This document shows positions 1 through 12,000 of a stretch of DNA of 64,000 nucleotides, one piece after another (the stretch's first letter is position 1; every line of letters begins with the position of its first letter). The translations under genes were made by a program, and so were the position numbers. A model generated the notes under the pieces. It was not told the origin of the DNA, ran no database searches, and was given only the letters and a program-made list of their open reading frames with translations. This DNA comes from Malacoraja senta (taxonomy: Eukaryota): positions 2,110,001-2,174,000 of the forward strand of contig CM075996.1 in the NCBI GenBank assembly GCA_038087875.1. The letters are read 5' to 3'.

Positions 1-195
1 ACTCCCCCGACAATGGGAACATGTTTCCTGCCTCTAGCGTATCCATACCCTTAATAATCTTTTATGTTTCAATGAGATACCCTCTCATCCTTCTAAACTC
101 CAGAGTGTACAAGCCCAGCCGCTCCATTCTCTCAGCATATGACAGTCCCGCCATCCCGGGAATTAACCTTGTAAACCTACGCTGCACTCCCTCAA
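1..195 (-). mobile_element. CR1-clade LINE 3' fragment
   Basis: Reverse strand encodes the CR1 ORF2 C-terminus (QRRFTRLIPG...LYTLEFRRMRG), seen in many other copies in the window. Confidence 0.8.
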
Positions 196-351
196 TGACA
201 TTGCTGATGATAGAGTTTCCTCAGTAGAATCCTTAGCTGCTTGCCCCTCCCTCGCCCCAAACCCCTCTGCTTTGGTTTACTTCCATCTTATATTCTCCTC
301 TCATTTGGTTTTCCCAACTCGCATTCCTCTCCTTCCACCGCTGTCCTTTCT

Positions 352-577
352 TAGACACAAAATGCTGGAGTAACTCAGCGGGACCGGCAGCACCTCCAGA
401 TAGAAGGAAAGGGTGACGTTTCGGATCAGACCCTTCTTCTGAGATGTCTGAAGAAGGGTCTCGACCCGAAACATCACCCATTCCTTCTCTCCAGAGATGC
501 TGCCCGTCCCGCTGAGTTACTCTAGCATTTTACGTCTATCTTCGGTGTCAATCAGCATCTGCAGTTCCTTCCTACAC
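352..577. repeat. Inverted pair of Penelope pLTR fragments
   Basis: tagacacaaaatgctggagtaactcagcggg... followed by its reverse complement ...cccgctgagttactctagcatttt; same family as the sequence 3' of the GIY-YIG ORF at 1443-1545. Confidence 0.75.
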
Positions 578-668
578 TCTCCCTGGCCTCTCTGCTCGGT
601 CGATGCAGGCTGTGTTTGTTACTGGTGTTCCTGACTTGTCACCCGGGGCTCTCTCTCTCTCTCTCCAG

Positions 669-774
669 TTTGAAGGCTGGGTCAGTCTGGGTGAATGGAC
701 ACAACATCTTTGATGCTGCAGCTGGATTTGGTGGCTACAAAGAGAGTGGCTTTGGACGAGACGGCGGGAAAGAG
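669..774 (+). CDS. ALDH16A1: ALDH16A1 internal exon (end of the first ALDH domain); upstream exons lie before the window
   Basis: Pyrimidine tract + AG at 667-668; donor GTCAGT at 775. Encodes [35 protein letters not shown], containing the ALDH FGGxKxSGxGR motif. Confidence 0.93.
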
Positions 775-929
775 GTCAGTGAAGTTGACGTTGTTCCATG
801 TATTTGTACTCAAAATGCAATAAAGGTTCTTTGCACGCGGACACATTTTAACGGGTGCATCAGATACGGACATTTTGGCCAGTTTGCAACTCCAGGAGCT
901 TTCAATTCTTCCCTTCCCACCCGCACCAC

Positions 930-1545
930 CCCCCTCCCCGGGCACTTTCCCTTGCAACCGCAGGAGATGCTACACTTGTCGCTTTACCTCCCCCCTCGAC
1001 TCCATTCAAGGACCCAAGCAATCGTTCCAGGTGCGACAGAGGTTCACCTGCACCACCTCCAACCTCATCTATTGCATCTGCTGCTCTGGATGTCAGCTGA
1101 TCTACATCGGTGAGACCAAGCGTAGGCTTGGCGATCGTTTCGCCGAACACCTCCGCTCGGTCCGCAACCTGATCTCCCTGTGGCTCGGCACTTCAACTCC
1201 CCCTCCCATTCCGAATCCGACCTTTCTGCCCTGGGCCTCCTCCATGGCCAGAGTGAGCACCACCGGAAATTGGAGGAGCAGCAGCTCATATTCCGCTTGG
1301 GCAGTCTGCACCCCAGCGGCATGAACATTGACTTCTCCAATTTCCGGTAGCCCTTGCTGTCTCCTCCCCTTCTCAGCTCTCCCTCAGCCCTTTGGCTCCT
1401 CCTCTTCCTTTCTTCTTCCCGCCCCCCCCCCCCACCCTACAACAGTCTGAAGAAGAGTTTCAGCCCGAAACGTTGCCTATTTCCTTCGCTCCATAGATGC
1501 TGCCGTACCTGCAGAGTTTCTCCAGCATTTTTGTCTACCTTCCAG
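930..1545 (+). mobile_element. Penelope-like element 3' part (Neptune-like): Cys linker, GIY-YIG endonuclease (frameshifted) and pLTR
   Basis: [14 protein letters not shown] then [40 protein letters not shown], followed by ctgaagaagagtttcagcccgaaacgttgcc. A second decayed copy lies at ~1700-2160. Confidence 0.88.
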
Positions 1546-2376
1546 GAGCTTTAGTTTAGAGCGGAAACGGGCCCTTCGGCCCACCGAGTCCGCTCCGACC
1601 AGCAATCCCCGCACACTAACACTATCCTACACACACTGGGGACAATTTATACTTATATCTACAAGCACTATTGCTTAATGTGGACATTCACAGTTGCCTT
1701 AGCCCCCTCCCACCCAACTCTGTTGCCAAACACTTTAACTCCCCCTCCCATTCTCACACTGACCTCTCTGTCCTGGGCCTCCTCCACTGTCAGAGTGAGG
1801 CCAAACACAAATTGGAGGAACAGCGCCTCGTATTTCGCTTGGGCAGCTTACAACCTGGCGGGATCAAACTTGATTTCTCTAACTTCAAGTAATCCTTGCA
1901 TCCCCTCTTTCTCCATCCACCCCGGCATCCTGGTCAACGTACTAGTTTCACTGTTTGTATCACTCGTTATCACCATCTCCACAGCCAACAATAGGCCATT
2001 GTGGGCTCCACTTTTCCTTGATCGTCGTTGATGACTTTGATTTGATTTGCATACCTTTCATTCATTTGCTCTGTTTATGTTTTCCTATCTCTCGCTTCCC
2101 TCTCCCCTGACTCTCGGTCCGAAGAAGGGTCTCGACCCGAAACGTCACCTATTCCTTTTTCATTCGTTCATAAGTGAGAGGAGCAGAATTAGGCCATTCA
2201 GCCCATTAAGTCTACTCCGCCATTCAAATCGTGGCTGATCCATCTTTCCCTCTCAACCCCATTCTCCTGCCTTCTCCCCGTAACCCCTGACACCCGCACT
2301 AATGAACTTTGCTCCAGAGTTGCTGCCTGAGCCGCTGAGTTACTCCAGCATTTTTGTGCCTGTGTCTCCCGCCTAG

Positions 2377-2537
2377 GGCTTGTACGAGTACGTGAGACCG
2401 TCCTGGGAGGAGCGGCCCAGACCGAAGCCGGTGGAGGTCAAGTACAAGACGTTTGCGGCTCTGCACGGGGCGGATCTTCCACCCATCCCAGGACAAGTTG
2501 CACAGTCCCAGCCGTCGGAGCCCGACGCTCGCCCAAG
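2377..2537 (+). CDS. ALDH16A1: ALDH16A1 exon (inter-domain linker)
   Basis: cctag acceptor, gtgcgg donor. GLYEYVRPSWEERPRPKPVEVKYKTFAALHGADLPPIPGQVAQSQPSEPDARP; phase 0 in, phase 2 out, matching its neighbours. Confidence 0.9.
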
Positions 2538-3015
2538 GTGCGGACACCTCCGACTGCCCCGCAGAAGGCAGTGGACGCCACTGCACTTGATGTATTCAAG
2601 AGAGAGTTAGACATAGCTTTGAGGGCTAACGGAATCAAGGGATATGGGGAAAAGGCAGGAACAGAGTACTGATTGTAGACGCAAGTGCTGGAGAAACTCA
2701 GCGGGTGCAGCAGCATCTATGGAGCGAAGGAAATAGGCAACGTTTCGGGACGAAACGTTGCCTATTTCCTTCGCTCCATAGATGCTGCTGCACCCGCTGA
2801 GTTTCTCCAGCAGTTTTGTCTCCCTTCGATTTTCCAGCATCTGCAGTTCCTTCTTAAACAGAGTACTGATGATCAGCCATGATCATATTGAATGGCGGTG
2901 CTGGCTCTAAGGGCCGAATGGCCTATTCCTGCACCTATTTTCCAATTCTCTATGTTTTTTGCAGACCCACGGGCCTTCAACTATTCGTTTGACCCGCTGC
3001 TGATTTTGTCCACAG

Positions 3016-3183
3016 TGTCGACCGGACGTACAAGGTTTACTACGGGGGCGCCCAGAAGAGGCCTAACAGCATGTACTCGCGGCCCATTTTCGACCACGAC
3101 GGCCAGTATGTGGCCTACGTCGGTGACTGCAACAGGAAAGACGTCCGGAATGCGGTGGAGGCAGCCCATGCCGCAGCCCCAGG
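3016..3183 (+). CDS. ALDH16A1: ALDH16A1 exon (start of the C-terminal partial ALDH domain)
   Basis: cacag acceptor, gtgagt donor. VDRTYKVYYGGAQKRPNSMYSRPIFDHDGQYVAYVGDCNRKDVRNAVEAAHAAAPG; phase 2/2; this frame is not in the ORF track. Confidence 0.92.
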
Positions 3184-3298
3184 GTGAGTGGTGGCGACTC
3201 TTCTGCTCCGGCCTTTGCTGTGAATCTCTTATCGTCTCCCCGAGCATGGCAGAGCAGAGAGCATTGGTCACCTTTGTATATTTACAATGGGAGGGCGG

Positions 3299-3480
3299 CA
3301 GGGTTTAGATGAAGAGAGGCCCTAGGCTATTCCACTTGTGAGGCCCCTCCCAATCCCCTATGTAAGGCCCCTCCCAATCAGCCTATAAAGCCTATAGGTA
3401 AATCCGGCCTTGCCGAGGCCCCCCTATATCTCGAGGCGCTAAGCTTAAGCTTGTGAAGCTTATACATAAATCCGGCCCTG
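3299..3480. mobile_element. Non-autonomous hAT-type DNA transposon (MITE)
   Basis: Perfect 8-bp TSD GAGGGCGG at 3291-3298 and 3481-3488. Right end ...taaatccggccctg; left end caggg-tttag (TIR with ccgga missing). Confidence 0.75.
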
Positions 3481-3627
3481 GAGGGCGGGGGGGAGGGAAC
3501 ACCCTCTATGTGAGTTGGAAGGAACCAGCGGGTGCTGGTTTACTCCGAAGATAGACACAAAATTCTAGAGTAACTTAGGGGGTCGGGCAGCATCTCTGGA
3601 GAGAAGGAACGGGTGACGTTTCGGGTC

Positions 3628-4165
3628 ATAGAAACATAGAAAATAGGTGCAGGAGTAGCCATTCGGCCCTTCGAGCCTGCACCGCCATTCAATATGATCA
3701 TGGCTGATCATCCAACTCAGTATCCTGTACCTGCCTTCTCTCCATACCCCCTGATCCCTTTAGCCACAAGGGCCACATCTAACTCCCTCTTAAATATAGC
3801 CAATGAACTGGCCTCAACTACCCTCTGTGGCAGAGAGTTCCAGAGATTCACCACTCTCTGTGTGAAAAATGTTTTTCTCATCTCGGTCCTAAAGGATTTC
3901 CCCTTAATCCTTAAACTGTGACCCCTTGTCCTGGACTTCCCCAACATCGGGAACAATCTTCCTGCATCTAGCCTGTCCAACCCCTTAAGAATTTTGTAAG
4001 TTTTTATAAGATCCCCCCTCAATCTTTTAAATTCTAGCGAGTACAAGCCGAGTCTATCCAGTCTTTCTTCATATGAAAGTCCTGACATCCCAGGAATTAG
4101 TCTGGTGAACCTTCTCTGTACTCCCTCTATGGCAAGAATGTCTTTCCTCAGATTTGGAGACCCTT
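3628..4165 (-). mobile_element. CR1 LINE 3' end (young family; similar copies at ~12355-12795, 13725-14170, 37190-37580, 52835-53310, 53745-54230, 59655-60020)
   Basis: ORF 3717..4286 contains IEGVQRRFTRLIPGMSGLSYEERLDRLGLYSLE...FFTQRVVNLWNSLP, followed by the CR1 3' UTR and a short tandem tail. Confidence 0.88.
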
Positions 4166-4959
4166 CGAGACCCTTCTTCAGTCTCATGCTGAAGCGGGTG
4201 CTGCCTGAGTCACTGAGGTACTCCAGCATTCTGTGTCCACCCTCTCTGGGGTCCGTCTCCAGTGCATGCGAGTGGGTGCGCGGCAAGAGGCAGATAAAGC
4301 CGGTTCCAGGGATCGGTGGCGCTGGAATTAAAAAACTGTGGCCTCTTTTGCAACTTTATGAAACTTCACTGAAGATTTTAATTGGCGGCATTTAGAGGAC
4401 AGTCTGAGCTTCCCCAGAGGAGAAGAAGTAGAGCCATCCCTCTTGGAAATGCAAGGAAGCACTCACACATCTGGAGCTGATGACATTCTGGGGAGAATAA
4501 AAATAGGATTAATATAGGATCCGTTTAAATTGGTGGTTGGTGCATTCTTTTCTGCGCTGAGGTGGCTGTTTACAAATCTATTTCTCTATTCTCGCTATCC
4601 CAATGGAATTTGGTATTGGACTATCCTCCTGATGGTGGCATTAAGATGAGAGCATGGCCAGGGTGAAACATAGAAAATAGGTGCAGGAGGAGGCCATTTG
4701 GCCCTAGGAGCCAGCACCGCCATTCATTGCGATCATGGCTGATCGTCCCCAATCAATAACCCGTGCCTGCCCTCTCCCCATATCCCTTGATTCCACTAGC
4801 CCATATCTAACTCTCTCTTAAATCCATCCAGTGACTTGGCCTCCACTGCCCTCTGTGGCAGGGAATTCCACAAACTCACAACTCTCTGGGTGATGTTGTC
4901 TTTGACGATGCAGGAAAGCATGGCAGCTTAACGAAAAGTTTCTGGCTTGTGTTACGCAG

Positions 4960-5164
4960 CTGGGGTAAGCGAGCGGCCCATAACCGGGCTCAGATCATCT
5001 ACTACGTGGCGGAGAACCTGGAGCAGCGGCGGGACGAGATGTCTCAGAGTCTGAGTAGTCTGACGGGCATGACCATGGAGGAGGCCGGGGCCGAAGTGGA
5101 AGCCTGCATTGAGCGGCTGTTCTACTGGGCCGCCTACAGTGACAAGTACGGGGGCACTGTCCAG
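4960..5164 (+). CDS. ALDH16A1: ALDH16A1 exon
   Basis: cgcag acceptor, gtgggt donor. WGKRAAHNRAQIIYYVAENLEQRRDEMSQSLSSLTGMTMEEAGAEVEACIERLFYWAAYSDKYGGTVQ; phase 2/0. Confidence 0.93.
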
Positions 5165-5546
5165 GTGGGTAGGCCGGTGGTGCGGTAGTGTGCGAAGGAT
5201 AAACTGATGTTAGACGCACAACGCTGGAGTAACTCAGCGGGTCAGGCAACATCTCTGGAGAGAAGGAATGGGTAACGTTTCGGGTCGAGACCCTTCTATC
5301 TGAAGAAGGGTCTCGACCCAAAACGTCACATATTCCTTCGCTCCAGATGCTGGAAAAATCGAAGGTAGATAAAAATGCTGGAGAAACTCAGCGGGTGAGG
5401 CAGCATCTATGGAGAGAAGGAAATAGGTGACGTTTCGGGTCGAGATCCTTCTAGGGTCTCGACCCGAAACGTCGCCTATTCCTTCGCTCCATAGATGCTG
5501 CCTCACCCGCTGAGTTTCTCCAGCATTTTTGTCTACCTTCACCTTT

Positions 5547-5905
5547 AAAGTATGTCCTTCTCACCGACCTGGGGTTACTGAAGATCCCGCGGTCTAGGCA
5601 TAAGCTCAGGGGCGACGGCGCCTTTGCGGTTGCAGCTCCTAGACTCCTGTGGAACAGCATCCCCCTTCCCATCAGATCGGCCCCCTCCATCGACTTTTTT
5701 AAGTCGAGACTTAAAACTCATCTTTACTCTCAAGCCTTTCTTGACGTCCTCTGAGTGAGGGCTATATGTATGTAGTGATGTTTGTACTTAATCTATGAAC
5801 CACTGTTGTATAACGTTAGTACCTCCACCAATGTAAAGCACTTTGGTCAACGAGAGTTGTTTTTTAAATGTGCTATAGAAATAAAAATGACTTGACTTGA
5901 CGACT
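5547..5905 (+). mobile_element. L2-clade LINE 3' fragment
   Basis: Reads GDGAFAVAAPRL..WNSIP..FKSRLKTHL; UTR contains tgtaaagcactttgg...aataaa and ends in a (ttgac)n tail. Confidence 0.7.
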
Positions 5906-6076
5906 TAAAGCTATGTCCCTAGTCATTGACATTTCCATCCCGGGAAAATGGCTGCAACTGTTTACCTGAGAGTATTTGACATACTCTATATCAGGTCTCC
6001 CCTCCACCTCCAGCATTCCAGAGAAAACGACCCAGGTTTGGTGATGAAACACATTGTGCCCTTTGTCTTTTTTCAG

Positions 6077-6262
6077 GAAACTCAGCTCTATGGCGCCACC
6101 ATCATGGTCCGGGAGCCCATCGGTGTGATAGCCATTGCATGCCCCGATGAGAACCCTCTGCTCAACTTTGTGAGTCTCTTTGCACCGGCAGTCGTTCGAG
6201 GGAATGTGGTCGTTATTGTTCCCAGCGAGCGGTATCCTCTGCCAGCCTTGGAACTCTACCAG
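6077..6262 (+). CDS. ALDH16A1: ALDH16A1 exon
   Basis: tttcag acceptor, gtacac donor. ETQLYGATIMVREPIGVIAIACPDENPLLNFVSLFAPAVVRGNVVVIVPSERYPLPALELYQ (REP.GV and GN motifs); 186 nt, phase 0/0. Confidence 0.93.
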
Positions 6263-6665
6263 GTACACACTGGTTTACACTGCAACAATTGCTCAACCAC
6301 GGACACTCTTGTGGAATCTCTCATTTTTATTAGATTTTGGAGATTGCAGGTTAATTGGCTTCGGTAAGATTCGGTAAATTGTCCCTCGTGTGTAGAATAG
6401 TGCTAATGCGCGGGGTGATCGCTGGTCGGCACAGACTCTGGGCTGAAGGGCCTATTTCTGCCATGTATCTCTAAAGTCTAAAAGTCTAAAGATTACTGTT
6501 GGCTCTTGGCAGTTAAATGCCTCACACCATAGCTGACACTTAACTAGAATGGCCTGATCAATATGTAGGAAGGAACTGCAGATGCTGGTTTAAACCGAAG
6601 ATAGACACGAAAAGCTGAGTCACTTAGCGGGGCAGGCAGCATCTCTGGGGGAAAGGAATTGGTGG

Positions 6666-6828
6666 CGTTTCAGGTCGAGACCCTTCTTCATGAAGAAGGA
6701 ATAGGTAACGTTTCAGGTCGAGACCCTTCTTCATGAAGAAGGAATAGGTAACGTTTCAGGTCGAGACCCTTCTTCATGAAGAAGGAATAGGTAACGTTTC
6801 AGGTCGAGACCCTTCTTCATGAAGAAGG
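6666..6828. repeat. 43-bp tandem repeat (3.8 copies) derived from Penelope pLTR
   Basis: Unit cgtttcaggtcgagacccttcttcatgaagaaggaataggtaa starts at 6666, 6709, 6752 and 6795. Confidence 0.9.
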
Positions 6829-7044
6829 GCCTCGGCCCGAGACGTCACCAGAGATGCAGTCTGACCCGCTGAGATATACTCCCGCTTTATGTGTCTTATC
6901 TGTGGCCTGATCGATACCTGTTAGGCGGATTGACAGCATGTGGGTGAGAAACAGTGCTTGCTTTTGAAGCCAGCATCAACGAAAGCACATGCAGTCAGGA
7001 CTTGTTAGGTTTGTAACAAACCATCTGCAGAATGAACTTTGCGG

Positions 7045-7893
7045 TCACAAACATACAAAGGACAAAGGAAATTTATTTGTCACGTACACCAATTGATGTA
7101 GTGAAATTTGTCTTGCCATGCAGCACACAGATAAAGTTAAAGACACAACATTAAAGAATTTAACAATAAACATAAAAAACATCCCCCCACAATGGTTCCC
7201 ATTATGAGGGAAGGCACAGAGTCCAGTCCCCATCCCCTTGTCCACCCATAGTCGGGCCTATTGAGGCCTCCGCAGTCGCCGCTACGGGGCCCGATGTTTC
7301 AGGCCCTTCTTCGCCGGGTGATGGTGCTCCGGCGTCGGGAGAATCCTCTCAGCAGCTTGGGACACCTGGAGCGGCCGCTTCCCAACTGGAGACAGCGGCT
7401 TCCGAAGCCGACAGGCCGCGCTCGATGGAGCTTCACCACTGGCGATCTCGTCACGAGATCCCAGGCTCCCGGTGAAAAGTTCAGCGCCGCCGCCCGCAGC
7501 TGGACGCTCCACAGTCCCACAGCTCCGCGATGTTCACCTGCGGTCTCAGCATTCCGGAGCTCCAGCGCGGCATCACCCGCTCCGCGATAGCGCTCCAGCG
7601 CTGTGCCGCCGCCGAAGCCGAGGTTCTGGGTGGTCCCCGACAGGAAACGCCGCTCCAGGCCCGCTGGTAGGCCGCGAGGACGGGTCGACGGTGCAGCCTG
7701 GAGAAAAGCTGCCTCTCCGACCGTGTAGGGACCCTAGAAAACAGTTTCCCCCTTCCCCCCCCCCCTTCCCCCACATAAAAAAGGCTAGAACTCCGAAAAC
7801 AAAAAAGCTCAACTAACTAAAAAAAAAAAAAAGAGAGAAAAAACGGACAGCTGCAGGCTGGGCAGCCATACCCGTACAGGACGGCGCCCCCCT
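7045..7893 (-). mobile_element. GC-rich non-autonomous element with a Rex1/Babar-like 3' tail (relatives at ~23740-24450 and 44800-45260 + 46810-46975)
   Basis: Shared gggggcgccg-type head, CpG-rich body and gtgac...aataaa-type tail; no credible ORF. Confidence 0.55.
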
Positions 7894-8921
7894 ACAGGAC
7901 TGAATTTGTGGAATCCTCTGCCTCGGAGGGCAGTGGAGGCCTATTCACTGGATGCATTCTAAAGAGAGTTAGATAGTGCTCTTAAAGATAGCGGAATCAA
8001 GGGATATGGGGAGAAGGCAGGAACGGGGTACTGATTGTGGATGATCAGCCATGATCATATTGAATGGTGGTGCTGGCTCGAAGGGCCGAATGGCCTACTC
8101 CTGCACCCATTGTCTATGTATCTATGACTGTTTCCACGTGCCCAGTTATACACTCCAGAACTCAACTCATTTGTGGTTTCAGCGCTTATTTAATTACAGT
8201 AATTTGACTGTAAACCCATTTCCATTATCCATTTTCCATACAGCGTGTCTATGCCTGTGGAAAGCGAGCTACCCCTGCCTAAACCCATTTTAGGGTAATT
8301 TTAGATGTAGAGCGTAGAAACAGGCCCTTCAGGCCGCCATGTGTATGTCGACCATCATGTCTAAGAAATGCTGGTTTACACCGAAGATAGACACAAAAAG
8401 CTGGAGTAACCCAGCAGTTCGGGCAGCATCTCTGGAGAAAAGGAATCGGTGACGAAGGGTCTCGACCCAAAACACCAACTATTCCGTTTGTCCATTTATT
8501 ATACTTATCTATGAGTCCCATTAAGCTGCATTTTGAGGATTTGAATGCTTGTCGGGATGCTGTTTAAATGTTGTGAGTTTCTCTGCCTCCATCAGTCCAT
8601 TCTAAGTTCCAGCCCGTCACTAGGTAAAGAAAAAACCTCTCTGACCTCCTCTTTACCTCCGGTCTCTCAACTTGTATCCATGTTGTGTCAGCCACCCACA
8701 CTGTATCTGTGCACTTGATTGTAATCAGGTATCGTCTTTCGGCTGACTGGATAGCACGCTACAAAAAGGCTTTTCACTGTACCTTCATACATGTGACAAT
8801 AATAAACTTAATTGTGAAAACAACTAAACTAAACTAGAGGGGGGGGGGGAGGTTTTGTATGCCATTCCTCTTCTTTCCTGCAGTGTCAGGCTAAATGACA
8901 TGAGCTTTTTTTCTTGCCTAG

Positions 8922-9047
8922 GTCTTTGAAACCTCAGATCTCCCTGCCGGTGTGGTGAATATTCTGACTGGATCACGAGATCATCTGAGCAAAACTCTGG
9001 TTGAGCACCAGGATGTCCAAGCCATGTGGTACTTTGGCTCTGCAAAG
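8922..9047 (+). CDS. ALDH16A1: ALDH16A1 penultimate coding exon
   Basis: cctag acceptor, gtaact donor. [42 protein letters not shown] (LP.GVVN motif); 126 nt, phase 0/0. Confidence 0.93.
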
Positions 9048-12000
9048 GTAACTGCAGTTATACGCCACCTCATCACGAGGCAGGTGGGACTAGCTTGGAG
9101 CGCAGGAGGATGAGGGGGTGAACTAAAAGAGGTGTATAAGATCATGAGAGGCATGGATCGGGTAGATGCACAGAGTCTCGCCCAGAGTAGAGGAATCGAG
9201 GGACAGAGGACATGGGTTTAAGGTGAAGGGGAAAAGATTTAATGAAAATCTGAGAGGTAACTTTGTCCACACAAAGGGTGGTGGATGTATGGAACAAATT
9301 GCCAGAGGAGGTAGTTGAGGCATGGACTATCCCAACATTTAAGAAGCAATTAGACAGGTACATGAATAGGACAGGTTTGGAGGGATGTGGACCAAACGCT
9401 GGCAGGTGGGACTAGTGTCGCTGGGGGCATGTTGGCTGGTGTAAGTTGGGCCGAAGGGCCTTTTTCCACACTGTATGACTAGCTTAGATGGGGCTACTTG
9501 GTCAGAAAGGAGGAGTTGGGTGGAAGTTGCATCCGGCTCCTATTACTCCAAGACTATGCTAATCTTGTGCTCGAATGACACAAACTAGTGTGGGTGATTT
9601 GAGCTGTAGTGAGATGTTTTGTGAATACATTTGGAGTATTGAGTTCAGTTTTGGCCACTCTGTTCAGCTGGAAAGGGTGCACAGAAGATTTACAAGGATG
9701 TTGCCAGAACCCGAGGACCTGAGCTACAGGGAGAGTTTGAACAGGCTAGGCCTTTATTCCTTGGAGTACAGGAAGATGAGGGGTAATTTTATAGAGGTGT
9801 ATAAGGGCCGTTCTTTGGAAAGTGACCCAAAATGTCACACACGTTACCAAATGGCGTCACATAAAGTAATACATTAAAAAATTATTGTAAGAGATTAATC
9901 TTATTCATTGCTATTTTCCTACCTACAGAACTATAATGCATGTCTGATAAAGATATGAACATTCCAGCTTTTAGTAATTCACAGAGTTTGTAAGATAAAA
10001 CTGAGTTATGGAAGAAAAAAAGCTTCCGTGTGTGGTCTCCAGACTCTGAAGAAGAGTCTCGACTCGAAACGTCACCTATTCCTTCGCTCCATAGATGCTG
10101 CCTCACCCGCTGAGTTTCTCCAGCAATTTTGTTTACCTTCATGAGGGGAATAGATAAGTAAATGCAGTTTTTTACCCAGAGTAGGGGAATCAAAAACCAG
10201 AGGACATAGGTGTAAGGTGAGGGAAAAGATTTAATGAGGGGCAACTTTGTCACACAAACGTGGTGGGTATGTGGAATGAGCTGCCTGAGGAGGCAGTTGA
10301 AGCAGGCACTATAACATTAAAAAAAAAAACATTTGGACAGGTATATGGATAGGAAAGGTTCAGAAGGATATGGGCCAAACACAGACAGGTGGGGCGAGTG
10401 TAACTGGGGCATGTTGGTCGGTACGGGTGGGTTGGGCCGAAGGGCCTGTTTCCATACTGGGTGACTCTGACTCGATGAAGGAACAATATGCAGACTTATC
10501 AATTCCAGTGTAACATACCAAATGGACCCATTTAGCTTTAGAGTTTGCTGAGATGCAAGTGTAGGCATGCCTTTTATAAGACTAGGGAATACACATCATT
10601 GCAAGCTCCTTCTGTGTCTCTCCAAGTATAATGTGACATTCCCCTCCAATGGTTATTGAAAAAGGCTGATGGGGGCTTAGTCCTTTGAAAGCTTTCCAGC
10701 TTCAGCAGGGGACTTGATTTCCAAATATGTGTTTTATTTTCAGTGTGAGCAGAGGCCCTGAGTCGAGGATATAATTATATCACCGTTTGGACAGAAAGCT
10801 GATCGGAGCGATTTGTCCTGAAACTGACATTTTATTATTTTTTTCAGTTTGGCTGTGATCTACTTAGTTTTTTTTTTGTTCTTTTGGTATGTCAGAATTG
10901 AATAGTTCAGTTTAGAGAGCGTGGAAGACACTTCGACCCACCGAGTCCATGCCGACCAGTGATCCTCGTACACTAGCACTATCGTACACACTAAGGACAA
11001 TTGTTACCAAAGCCAATCGACCTTCGAAACTGCGTCTTTGGAGTGTGCAGGGAAACCAGAGCACCCAGGTCACAGGGAGAATGTACAAACTCCATACAGA
11101 CTCGGTCTCACTTTTTGAGGTGGGGGCATGGCCTGTATTATTATCCCCCAGTTTTTGCAGGTCAAGCAATAACAAAAATAATAATCACCTGCTTCCATCT
11201 CTCATGTAGGCCCTACATTATCTTAAAAATACTTCAAACAAAAAACATTTAAATCGTACTTCTACAATGCACTAAAACATGATTTTAATAAAAGTCCCTA
11301 CCGTGGGAGGGGAGGGTGCCCCGCTCCCTCGCCGGGTACCCACCGTGGACGGGGGGGTGCCCCCCTCCCACTTGGTTGCTCCGCTCCCTCGCCGGGTACC
11401 CACGAGGCCAGTGGTCAGTTATCGCTCAGCCCCCCTACTTTCAAAAATGCTATCAGGCAGCACCTCTACCTCTGCGCTATTGTGCTGACCTAAATTCTAC
11501 TGCTATCAATATCTTATCAGTAATTATGAGATCCCCCATGTCCCCTTTGATCAGCCATGATCACCGTGAATGGCGGTGCTGGCTCGAAGGGCCGAATGAC
11601 CTACTCCTGCACCTATTGTCTGTTGTCACGTCCCAGCATTAAAGCTCTATCTTTACGGTTCACACATACAGGGTTGGGACTGGGAACTCTCACCCATTAA
11701 CCCAAATCATGGAGCGTTGAGGTTTGATGTAGCTTGGCCTAGTTTCGTCAAGGCTTGCGTTCGTGTGTGGTTTGGTAAATTACAGTCATGTTTTTGATCT
11801 TCAGTTCATTTCTTTGATGCTGTTCTCACTGTTACCAAAATAGACGCTGACCTTGATTTATTGCCGTCCATTGCTCGTGTGGCGGGATTGATGAAGCCTA
11901 ATGCTGGAAACGCGGGTATTTTCCCCGTGATGGAGGGCTCACCAGCAGTGGCAGTCACTGTTTCCATCCAGGGGAGGCTGTGGGGGGAAAAGTGGGCAGT

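Noticed and set aside
6666..6828. CRISPR-like array of palindromic repeats
   Set aside because: Units are contiguous and identical with no unique spacers, derive from Penelope pLTR, and the context is a vertebrate intron with no cas genes.
7261..7816. Cluster of GC-rich ORFs resembling a CpG-island gene (also 23745-24376)
   Set aside because: ORFs overlap on both strands with no recognisable domain and lie inside a repeat family present three times.
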